Assembly: GCA_045652745.1 (NCBI GenBank)
Contig: JAZRUW010000015.1
Coordinates: 3,120 to 67,119 of the forward strand
From: Clostridia bacterium
Lineage (GTDB): Bacteria > Bacillota > Clostridia > UBA1381 > UMGS1253
DNA length: 64,000 nucleotides
Reading direction: 5' to 3'
Part shown: positions 56,666 through 64,000 of the stretch, piece after piece
How the letters are laid out: each line of letters opens with the position of its first letter
Position numbering within the stretch: position 1 is the first letter of the stretch
Notes under the pieces: model-generated
Databases searched by the model: none
Seen by the model: only the letters and a program-made list of their open reading frames with translations
Told to the model about the DNA's origin: nothing
Translations under genes and position numbers: made by a program

Positions 56666-56694
56666 ATTTTACGCCTGTTTTTGGTATTTGTCAA
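56666..56694 (-). promoter_or_regulatory. sigma-A promoter of aro operon leader
   Basis: On the minus strand: TTGACA (56694-56689), 17-nt spacer, TAAAAT (56671-56666). Confidence 0.7.
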
Positions 56695-56699
56695 TACTT

Positions 56700-56951
56700 T
56701 TAAATAAATTTATTTCAACATATCGATTTCCTGCAGACCTGCGACTGCTGAGCAGTTTGACCGTTGCTGTTGTACCAGCCACATAGGAAGTTTCGGTGAT
56801 TTTTCGCACAAAACTGTCTGCTGCATTTGCTGCACATATCCACGCCTGTTTTAAATTCGGTCGGGCTTTCGCAGTTGACAACCTGTCGCCAGAATTGCAG
56901 ATATTCGTCTTTCATACTGTCAATTATTTTTATGCGTTTACCCAAATCCAT
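56700..56951 (-). pseudogene. truncated/frameshifted remnant of an M20 peptidase paralog
   Basis: MDLGKRIKIIDSMKDEYLQFWRQVVNCESPTEFKTGVD parallels the N-terminus of the intact M20 gene at 16936 (..VDALNEEYIKIWEDVCNIESPTKYKAGVD). Similarity is lost after GVD and the ORF ends within about 40 codons. Confidence 0.5.
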
Positions 56952-57000
56952 TTTATCACCCCAAGGGAAAAAGGGCAGAAAAAATCTGCCCTTGGTTTCA

Positions 57001-60000
57001 TTAGTATTCAATTACGCCCTCGTATACGAGTTCTGCGTTACCCGTCAGGTATACAGCTTTATCTGTATAGCGAACGATGAGCTCGCCACCCTTGACGCGA
57101 ACAACGATGTCCTCGTCTTTTAAGCAGTAGCCGTTTTCAACAGCTGCAACTACGGCCGCACACGCGCCTGTACCGCAGGCCGGTGTTTCGCCGTTGCCGC
57201 GCTCCCATACGCGCATACGGATGGTTTTGTTGTCAACCACGCGTACGAATTCTGTATTGATACGTTCCGGGAAGAGTTCGCTGTTTTCAAATTGCGGTCC
57301 GATTTCGGCAACGTCAATATTGTCTACACGGTCGCAGAATACGACGCAGTGCGGATTGCCCATGGAAACACAGGAAATATTGTATGTCTTGCCGCCGATG
57401 GTGACAGGCTCGTTGATAATTTTTTCTTTATCAAAGTTTGCCGGCAGTTTTTCCGGTGCAAATTCTGCCTTGCCCATGTTCACACAAGCACTGCGCACCA
57501 GACCGTTGTAGAGGTATACTTTTACCTCTTTAATACCGCTGGCGGTTTCGATGGTCATCTTTTCTTTCTTGACAAAATCATTGTCGTAGAGATATTTAGC
57601 AACACAACGGATGGAGTTGCCGGCCATCTGACCTTCGCTGCCGTCTACGTTGAACATGCGCATCTTCATATCGGCAATGTGTGATTTTTCAATCAAAACC
57701 ATACCGTCGCCGCCGATGCCGTAATGACGGTCGGTAAAGTTGATAGCGAGCGGTTCCGGACAAGTGATTTTGCCCTTATAGTTGTCGAAGAAGATATAGT
57801 CATCGCCCGTGCCCTGCATTTTGAGGAACTTGAGTTTTTGTTTGTTTGTTCTGAGCGCGGTGATGTTTACAAGTTCGGTATTTTGTTGGTTAAAGCGACT
57901 TAAGATGATATCTGCGAGGGCATTTGCGGTATCCGGGCTGGTAAGACAGGCTACGGACAGACGAAGTGCCTGCATATGCAGTTTGATGTACGCTTCAATT
58001 TCCTCCGGCTTGCCGCCGTTGGTGTAAACGATGTAATCAAATGCCTTGTTTTCCAGCATTTCGCTGACGTTTTCATCGGCAACGGCAACGACATCAATGC
58101 CGAGCGCTTCGATTAATTCTGCGCATGCCGGAGCAGCATAGATTTTGATTTTTGCATCGTCGAATTTCTTTGCAAGCTGCAGAAGCTCGTAGCGGTCTTT
58201 CATGTGCATGTTGATATACACGCCGTTTCTGCCCTGCAGATTAAAGCCTGCGGAAACCAGACCCTTAAAGAGTGCTTCGTTTAAGGTTCTGCCGATACCG
58301 AGCACTTCACCGGTGGACTTCATTTCCGGACCGAGAATCGAGTTGATGCCCGAAAGCTTTTCAAACGAGAACACCGGTACCTTTACGGTAAAGTACGGGG
58401 AGGATTTATACAATCCCGTGCCGTAACCGAGCGATTTTAAAGGCTCGCCCTGCATTACGCGTGTCGCCAAATCGACCATCGGAACACCCGTTACCTTACT
58501 GATGTACGGTACGGTTCTCGATGCACGCGGATTTACCTCGATAACGTAAAGCTCATTTTGGTAAATGAGGTACTGAATGTTGATTAAGCCCTGTGTCTTT
58601 AAAGAAAGCGCAAGTTTTTCGGAGCAGGAGATAATCTTTTCGAGCATGATGTCGCTTACGCTAAACGGCGGATATACGGCAATCGAGTCACCGCTGTGTA
58701 CGCCGGCACGTTCTACGTGTTCCATGATACCCGGAATGAGGACATCTTCACCGTCGGAGATAACGTCCACCTCGAGTTCCTTACCCATCATATATTTGTC
58801 GATGAGCACCGGATTTTCTATTCTTTGCGCCAAAATCATGTTCATGTAGCGTTCTACGTCTTCGTTGGTATGTGCGATGGTCATGTTCTGACCGCCGATA
58901 ACATAGGACGGACGAAGCAGTACCGGGAAGCCTAAAGTGTTTGCCGCTTCAAGCGCACCTGCCATATCCATAGCGGTGAGCGCCTGCGGACGCTTGATGG
59001 AAAAACGCTCCAAAAGTGCGTCAAACTGTTCGCGGTCTTCGGCCATATCAATGCTCTCCGCGCTGGTACCTAAAATCTTGATACCGCTTTCGGATAAGAA
59101 TTTAACCAGCTTGATTGCAGTCTGGCCACCGAAGGCAACTACGACACCGCTCGGCTTTTCCACCTCAATGACGTTCATAACGTCTTCCGGTGTCAGCGGT
59201 TCGAAATACAAACGGTCTGCTGTATCGAAGTCTGTGGAAACGGTTTCCGGATTGTTATTGATAATGACAACCTCGTAGCCCATTTTCTTGAGTGTCCATA
59301 CACAGTGTACGGAAGAGTAGTCAAACTCAATACCCTGGCCGATACGAATCGGGCCGGAGCCGAGCACGATGATTTTTTCGCCGGTAGTTTCCAGTTCGCG
59401 CGCTTCACAATGGTTGTCGTAACTGGAGTAGAAATACGGGGTTTGCGCCTTAAACTCGCCGCCGCAGGTATCTACCATCTTGTAGACACAACTTTTGTGC
59501 ATCGGCACTTTGCAGCCCGAAAGTCTTTCCAATGCTGCATCCGGATAGCCGAGTTTTTTACCTTCCAGATATTTTGCTTCATCTAAATTGCCCGGAAGCG
59601 AATTCTCGAATGCAACCAGATTTAAAAGTTTAGACAAAAACCACTTGTCAATTCTGGTGATTTCGTGAATTCTGTCCAGACTTACGCCGCGGCGAAGCGC
59701 TTCGTAAACTGCAAAAATTCTCTGGTCGTCCATGCGCGCCATTGCGGCTTCGATGTCCTCTTCTTCCTGCATCTTCTTCAGTTGCAGGGTGTCGAGGCCG
59801 ATTTCTGCACCGCGTACCGCTTTCATAATCGCCATTTCAAAAGTCGGACCGATGGACATAACCTCACCGGTGGCTTTCATGGCTGTGCCGAGCTTGCGCT
59901 GTGCGTAAACGAACTTATCAAACGGCCATTTCGGGAATTTTACAACAATATAGTCAACAGCCGGCTCGAAGCACGCCCATGTGCTGCCGGTTACGTCGTT

Positions 60001-61014
60001 TCTGATTTCGTCTAAGGTATAGCCAAGCGCAATTTTGGTGGTTACCTTTGCAATCGGATAGCCTGTTGCCTTACTTGCAAGCGCACTTGAACGCGATACG
60101 CGCGGGTTTACCTCGATAACCGCATAGTCAAAGCTGTTCGGGTCAAGGGCAAACTGTACGTTACAGCCGCCTTCGATTTTCAGCGCGGTGATGATGTCGA
60201 GCGCCGCCTGGCTGAGCATAGTGTATTCTTTTTTGGAGAGTGTTACGGCCGGAGCCACAACGATGGAGTCACCGGTATGAATACCTACCGGGTCAAAGTT
60301 TTCCATCGAGCAGATGGTGATGGCGTTGCCGGCGGCATCGCGCATAACCTCAAACTCTACTTCTTTCCAGCCGTAGATGTATTTTTCTACAAGAATCTGT
60401 GTAATCGGGGAGAGCAAAAGACCATTTGCGGCGATTTTGCGGAATTCATCCTCATTATAGGCCACACCGCCGCCTGCACCGCCTAAGGTAAAGGCCGGAC
60501 GGATGATGACCGGATAGCCGATGCGCGTTGCAATTTCGGTTGCAGCCTCCAAATCCGTTGCAATATCTGACGGGATACACGGCTGACCGAGTTCGAGCAT
60601 CGTCTGCTTAAACAAATCGCGGTCTTCGGCTTTGATGATGGCTTCTTCATTTGTACCGATGAGTTTTACACCCATGCGGGACAAAAAGCCTTCCTCGGAA
60701 AGTTGCATTGCAATTGTCAGACCGGTCTGCCCGCCGAGAGAAGCGAGCAAACTGTCCGGACGCTCTTTTTCAATAATACGCTTAATGGTTTCCGGCGTAA
60801 GCGGCTCTAAATAGATTTCGTCCGCCATGGCCTTATCGGTCATGATGGTTGCCGGATTGGAATTCACAAGCACGATGTCGAGGCCCGCGTCTTTTAATAC
60901 GCGGCAAGCCTGCGTGCCTGCATAGTCAAATTCTGCGGCCTGGCCGATTACAATCGGGCCGGAGCCGATGACGAGTACTTTTTTAATATTCGGATTTAAC
61001 GGCATATCATTCAC
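57001..61014 (-). CDS. carB: carbamoyl-phosphate synthase large subunit fused in-frame to diaminopimelate epimerase
   Basis: Residues 1 to about 1055 read as a full CarB (two ATP-grasp halves plus an MGS-like domain). Then, with no stop, comes KLKFLKMQGTGDDYIFFD ... GNSIRC ... VSMGNPH ... ERGNGETPACGTGACA, which is a complete DapF. 1337 aa in total. Confidence 0.8.
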   Translation of the reverse strand: MNDMPLNPNIKKVLVIGSGPIVIGQAAEFDYAGTQACRVLKDAGLDIVLVNSNPATIMTDKAMADEIYLEPLTPETIKRIIEKERPDSLLASLGGQTGLTIAMQLSEEGFLSRMGVKLIGTNEEAIIKAEDRDLFKQTMLELGQPCIPSDIATDLEAATEIATRIGYPVIIRPAFTLGGAGGGVAYNEDEFRKIAANGLLLSPITQILVEKYIYGWKEVEFEVMRDAAGNAITICSMENFDPVGIHTGDSIVVAPAVTLSKKEYTMLSQAALDIITALKIEGGCNVQFALDPNSFDYAVIEVNPRVSRSSALASKATGYPIAKVTTKIALGYTLDEIRNDVTGSTWACFEPAVDYIVVKFPKWPFDKFVYAQRKLGTAMKATGEVMSIGPTFEMAIMKAVRGAEIGLDTLQLKKMQEEEDIEAAMARMDDQRIFAVYEALRRGVSLDRIHEITRIDKWFLSKLLNLVAFENSLPGNLDEAKYLEGKKLGYPDAALERLSGCKVPMHKSCVYKMVDTCGGEFKAQTPYFYSSYDNHCEARELETTGEKIIVLGSGPIRIGQGIEFDYSSVHCVWTLKKMGYEVVIINNNPETVSTDFDTADRLYFEPLTPEDVMNVIEVEKPSGVVVAFGGQTAIKLVKFLSESGIKILGTSAESIDMAEDREQFDALLERFSIKRPQALTAMDMAGALEAANTLGFPVLLRPSYVIGGQNMTIAHTNEDVERYMNMILAQRIENPVLIDKYMMGKELEVDVISDGEDVLIPGIMEHVERAGVHSGDSIAVYPPFSVSDIMLEKIISCSEKLALSLKTQGLINIQYLIYQNELYVIEVNPRASRTVPYISKVTGVPMVDLATRVMQGEPLKSLGYGTGLYKSSPYFTVKVPVFSFEKLSGINSILGPEMKSTGEVLGIGRTLNEALFKGLVSAGFNLQGRNGVYINMHMKDRYELLQLAKKFDDAKIKIYAAPACAELIEALGIDVVAVADENVSEMLENKAFDYIVYTNGGKPEEIEAYIKLHMQALRLSVACLTSPDTANALADIILSRFNQQNTELVNITALRTNKQKLKFLKMQGTGDDYIFFDNYKGKITCPEPLAINFTDRHYGIGGDGMVLIEKSHIADMKMRMFNVDGSEGQMAGNSIRCVAKYLYDNDFVKKEKMTIETASGIKEVKVYLYNGLVRSACVNMGKAEFAPEKLPANFDKEKIINEPVTIGGKTYNISCVSMGNPHCVVFCDRVDNIDVAEIGPQFENSELFPERINTEFVRVVDNKTIRMRVWERGNGETPACGTGACAAVVAAVENGYCLKDEDIVVRVKGGELIVRYTDKAVYLTGNAELVYEGVIEY

Positions 61015-62035
61015 CTACCATTTCCATAAATTTATCAAACAGGAATGCGGCGCGCTGCGGCTCAAACTGCAGACCCATCGCCTTTTTGCTTTCGTAGAGT
61101 ACACCTTCGCAGGTTTCGTCGTTTGCATTGACGAAGCGAACGGTTGCATCTTCCGGAAGCGTGTCGGCTACAACGGCATAGCCGTGATTTTGCGCCGTGA
61201 TGTAAACTCTGCCGGTTTCTAAATCGCGCACCGGTACGTTGGCACCGCGGTGACCGACCTTTAATTTTTCGGTTTTTGCACCTGCGGCCAATGCTAAAAT
61301 TTGATGACCGAGGCCCATGCCCAAAATCGGCTTTTTGCCGAGGATAGAGCGCACGGTTTCGATGACATCCGTGTTTTCGGCCGGATTGCCCGGACCTGCA
61401 GACAGGACAATTGCGTCGTAGGTCAAAAGTTTGTCCGCTTCTATGTTATACGGAAGTTCAGTTACATGACAGCCGCGGGCATTAAACGTTTCTGCAAGCC
61501 CCTGCGTTGCACCGAGGTTTAACACGGCGATGCTGTATTTCGGATTTTCTGCCATGTGTACGTTCATTTTGCCGTCGGATACGGCTTGAACTGCATCGTG
61601 AATGGCAAAGTATTCTATCTTGCCATCCTCCGGAAGTTCGGAAACGATTTTAGCCGTCATGGAACCCTCTTCACGAAGAATACGTGTGAGTTCACGAGTG
61701 TCCACACCGTAGATACCTACGATGCCGCGCTCTTTTAAGAATGTATCCAGATCGCCTTCGCAACGGAAGTTGGACGGTGCGGTGCACAAATCGCGGATAA
61801 CATAACCTGCTGCGTATACCTTGTCGCTTTGGATATCTTCCGTGACTATGCCGTAGTTACCGATGAGCGGAAAGGTTTGCAGTACAATCTGACCGTAATA
61901 GCAGGCATCTGTCAGGGTTTCCATATAACTGCCCATCGTAGTGGTGAACACTAACTCGCCGAGTGCATCGCCCTCAGCGCCGAAGCGTGTACCTTCAAAA
62001 ACTTGTCCGTTTTTTAATACAATATATGCTTTCAT
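61007..62035 (-). CDS. carA: carbamoyl-phosphate synthase small (glutaminase) subunit
   Basis: ATG at 62035 follows GGGAGAA. The GLGHQILALA (catalytic Cys replaced? it reads G-L-G-H-Q) and GHRGANVPV motifs are present. Overlaps carB by 8 nt. Confidence 0.85.
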   Translation of the reverse strand: MKAYIVLKNGQVFEGTRFGAEGDALGELVFTTTMGSYMETLTDACYYGQIVLQTFPLIGNYGIVTEDIQSDKVYAAGYVIRDLCTAPSNFRCEGDLDTFLKERGIVGIYGVDTRELTRILREEGSMTAKIVSELPEDGKIEYFAIHDAVQAVSDGKMNVHMAENPKYSIAVLNLGATQGLAETFNARGCHVTELPYNIEADKLLTYDAIVLSAGPGNPAENTDVIETVRSILGKKPILGMGLGHQILALAAGAKTEKLKVGHRGANVPVRDLETGRVYITAQNHGYAVVADTLPEDATVRFVNANDETCEGVLYESKKAMGLQFEPQRAAFLFDKFMEMVGE

Positions 62036-62037
62036 AC

Positions 62038-62943
62038 TCATTCTCCCATGCATTTTACCAACACGGCTTTTTGCGCGTGCAGTCTGTTTTCTGCCTCGTC
62101 GAAAATTTCGTTTGCGTGTGCTTCAAATACCTCAGCAGTGATTTCCTCGCCGCGGTGTGCCGGCAGACAGTGCAGAACCATCGCATCCGGCTTTGCAACA
62201 GCCATTACGCTGTCATTGATTTGATAATCTTTAAAGATTTTCTTTCGCTCGGCTGCTTCGGCTTCCTGCCCCATGGAGGCCCATACGTCGGTGTAGAGCA
62301 CATCGGCATCCTTGGCCGCTTCCAATATGGAGTCGGTGCAGGTAAATTTCCCATTTTCACTTGCCCATTTCATTAAATCGGCATCCGGCTTGTAGTCCCC
62401 CGGGCAGGCAATTGCAACTTCCATGCCCATTTTGATGCCGCCGACAATTAAGGAGTTTGCCATGTTGTTACCGTCGCCGATGAAGCAAAGTTTTAAACCC
62501 TCCAGGCGTGTTTTGTGTTCGCGGATGGTCATTAAGTCAGCAAGTACCTGACACGGATGTGCGTAATCGGTAAGGCCGTTGATGACCGGAATGGAGCCGT
62601 ATTTTGCTAAATCCTCTACCTCTTTTTGGGTGTAGGTGCGAATCATAATGCCGTCAATAAATCTCGAAAGAACTCTTGCAGTATCCTCTACGGGTTCGCC
62701 ACGGCCGATTTGCAGGTCGTTGGAACTTAAAAACAACGGATATCCGCCGAGTTCGTACATACCGACCTCGAAGGAAACGCGCGTTCTGGTGGATGATTTT
62801 TCGAAAATCAGACCGAGTGTTTTGCCTTCGAGATGCTTGTGTGCAATCCCGTTCTTTTTTTCGTATTTGAGCTGATCTGCCAGATTGAGTGTATCCACAA
62901 TGTCTTTTGCGGACCAGTCAGAAAGCTTTAACAGATGCTTCAT
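62038..62943 (-). CDS. argF: ornithine carbamoyltransferase
   Basis: Motifs SSTRTRVSFE, SDLQIGRGE and HCLPAHRGEE are present. Confidence 0.9.
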   Translation of the reverse strand: MKHLLKLSDWSAKDIVDTLNLADQLKYEKKNGIAHKHLEGKTLGLIFEKSSTRTRVSFEVGMYELGGYPLFLSSNDLQIGRGEPVEDTARVLSRFIDGIMIRTYTQKEVEDLAKYGSIPVINGLTDYAHPCQVLADLMTIREHKTRLEGLKLCFIGDGNNMANSLIVGGIKMGMEVAIACPGDYKPDADLMKWASENGKFTCTDSILEAAKDADVLYTDVWASMGQEAEAAERKKIFKDYQINDSVMAVAKPDAMVLHCLPAHRGEEITAEVFEAHANEIFDEAENRLHAQKAVLVKCMGE

Positions 62944-64000
62944 GCTTCAATCACTCCTTTTAATATTTCAAGACCGTAGTCTAATTCTGCATAGGATATA
63001 TTCAGTGCCGGAAGCAGTCTGACTTTTGTCTTTGCTGTCAGCACGAGTAAGCCTTTTTCCATGCAAGCCTTTACAATGTCACCTGCGGGCTTGTCCGTTT
63101 CAATGCCGAGCATCAAGCCTTTGCCTGATACGGACTTGACACCGCGGATTTCGGAAAGCTTTTTGCAGATGTAGGCGCTTTTTTCGCGCACCTGCGCAAG
63201 CAGGGCATCGTCGATACGCTCTAAAATGCTCAGCGCGCCTGCGCAGCATACGGGGTTTCCGCCAAACGTGGAGCCGTGTGTGCTCGGTGGGAGAATATCT
63301 TTTAATTTTTCGTTAAACATGGTTGCGCCGAGCGGCAGACCGCCGGCAAGACCTTTTGCGGTGGATACAATGTCTGGTGTGAGGCAGGTGTCCATATAAG
63401 AATACAGATTGCCCGTTCTGCCGTTACCGGTCTGTACCTCATCTATAATAAGAAGTATATCTTTTTCTGTGGTGATTTTTTCAATACATGCCATAAATTC
63501 TTCGGTCAGCGGCATTACACCGCCCTCGCCCTGCACGGTTTCTACCATGATGGCTGCCGTACGTTCGCTTATTTTTTCCAAAAGTGCCGCGCAGTCGTTG
63601 GCCGGCGTATAAACAAACCCTTCGGTAAACGGCGTAAAGTTTTTGTGAAATACGTCCTGGCCGGTTGCAGAAAGCGTCGTCACCGTTCTGCCGTGGAAAC
63701 TGTTCACCAGCGTGATAATCTCATTTTTGTTTTCATCCGTGTCCGTACCGAATTTGCGCGCCGCCTTAATGGCACATTCATTTGCCTCTGCGCCCGAGTT
63801 GGAGAAAAACACCTTTGACATCCCTGTTTTTTCGCACAGCATCGCAGCCAAATCCGCGCACGGCTGTGTGTAGTAGAGATTGGAGGTGTGTGCCAACTTT
63901 GTAAGCTGCTCGGTTACGGCCTTTGTCCACGCCGCATCGCACAAACCGAATGTGTTTACCGCAATACCCGTTCCGAAATCGACATAGGTTTTGCCGTCCT
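62940..64000 (-). CDS. argD: acetylornithine aminotransferase (5' end beyond window)
   Basis: Class III aminotransferase motifs (FSNSGAEANE, IDEVQTGNGRTG, STAKGLAGG). The frame stays open to the window edge. ATGA-type overlap with argF. Confidence 0.85.
   Translation of the reverse strand, partial: DGKTYVDFGTGIAVNTFGLCDAAWTKAVTEQLTKLAHTSNLYYTQPCADLAAMLCEKTGMSKVFFSNSGAEANECAIKAARKFGTDTDENKNEIITLVNSFHGRTVTTLSATGQDVFHKNFTPFTEGFVYTPANDCAALLEKISERTAAIMVETVQGEGGVMPLTEEFMACIEKITTEKDILLIIDEVQTGNGRTGNLYSYMDTCLTPDIVSTAKGLAGGLPLGATMFNEKLKDILPPSTHGSTFGGNPVCCAGALSILERIDDALLAQVREKSAYICKKLSEIRGVKSVSGKGLMLGIETDKPAGDIVKACMEKGLLVLTAKTKVRLLPALNISYAELDYGLEILKGVIEA

Noticed and set aside
56500-56694. 64-aa minus-strand ORF in the aro leader (MTNTKNRRKICSNK..)
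   Set aside because: Its ATG at 56694 is the first base of the -35 hexamer (56694-56689), so it lies upstream of the transcript start and cannot be on the leader mRNA; it also has no RBS and reads through the leader terminator. The 21-codon aromatic-rich ORF in another frame has a proper RBS and a regulatory rationale.

Overview
This window looks like chromosome from an endospore-forming Clostridia-type Firmicute. The evidence is spoIIID, spoVT, a PPi-dependent PFK and consensus sigma-A promoters, but the taxon is inferred, not proven. About 60 protein genes are supported, most of them housekeeping. They include a thiamine salvage operon (thiM-thiE-HAD::thiD), asnS/asnA, transporters (2 MATE, EamA, CPA2, ClC, OPT, MFS), and peptidases (M20, PepD). 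Also present are the rpmH-rnpA-yidD-yidC-jag-mnmE cluster, nadE, an initiator tRNA-Met, pfp, purC, secG, hflX, trxA, an aromatic amino-acid operon (aroG-pheA-aroA-tyrA) and an arginine/pyrimidine operon (argD-argF-carA-carB). The best candidate for a new system is a two-gene operon at 41.35-45.74 kb on the minus strand. It encodes a ~1164-aa NACHT/STAND-like P-loop NTPase that is translationally coupled (ATGA overlap) to a ~273-aa protein carrying an R-x4-H dyad, and it is driven by a perfect consensus promoter. The operon lies in an accessory stretch between rlmD and carD that also holds a visibly AT-rich segment, a decayed HNH fragment and a very regular array of short hairpins separated by 7-mers. 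Other notable signals are listed here. (1) A Tyr/Phe-rich leader peptide plus a terminator/antiterminator lies upstream of the aro operon. (2) A T-box leader, probably with an Ile AUC specifier, precedes an HTH-cupin::medium-chain acyl-CoA synthetase fusion. (3) carB and dapF form one continuous ORF. (4) There are two orphan PqqD-like genes, one paired with a Ser/His-type S24/S26 peptidase. No CRISPR array, rRNA gene, transposase or integrase was seen. All functional calls come from reading motifs by eye in the supplied translations; no database search was run.
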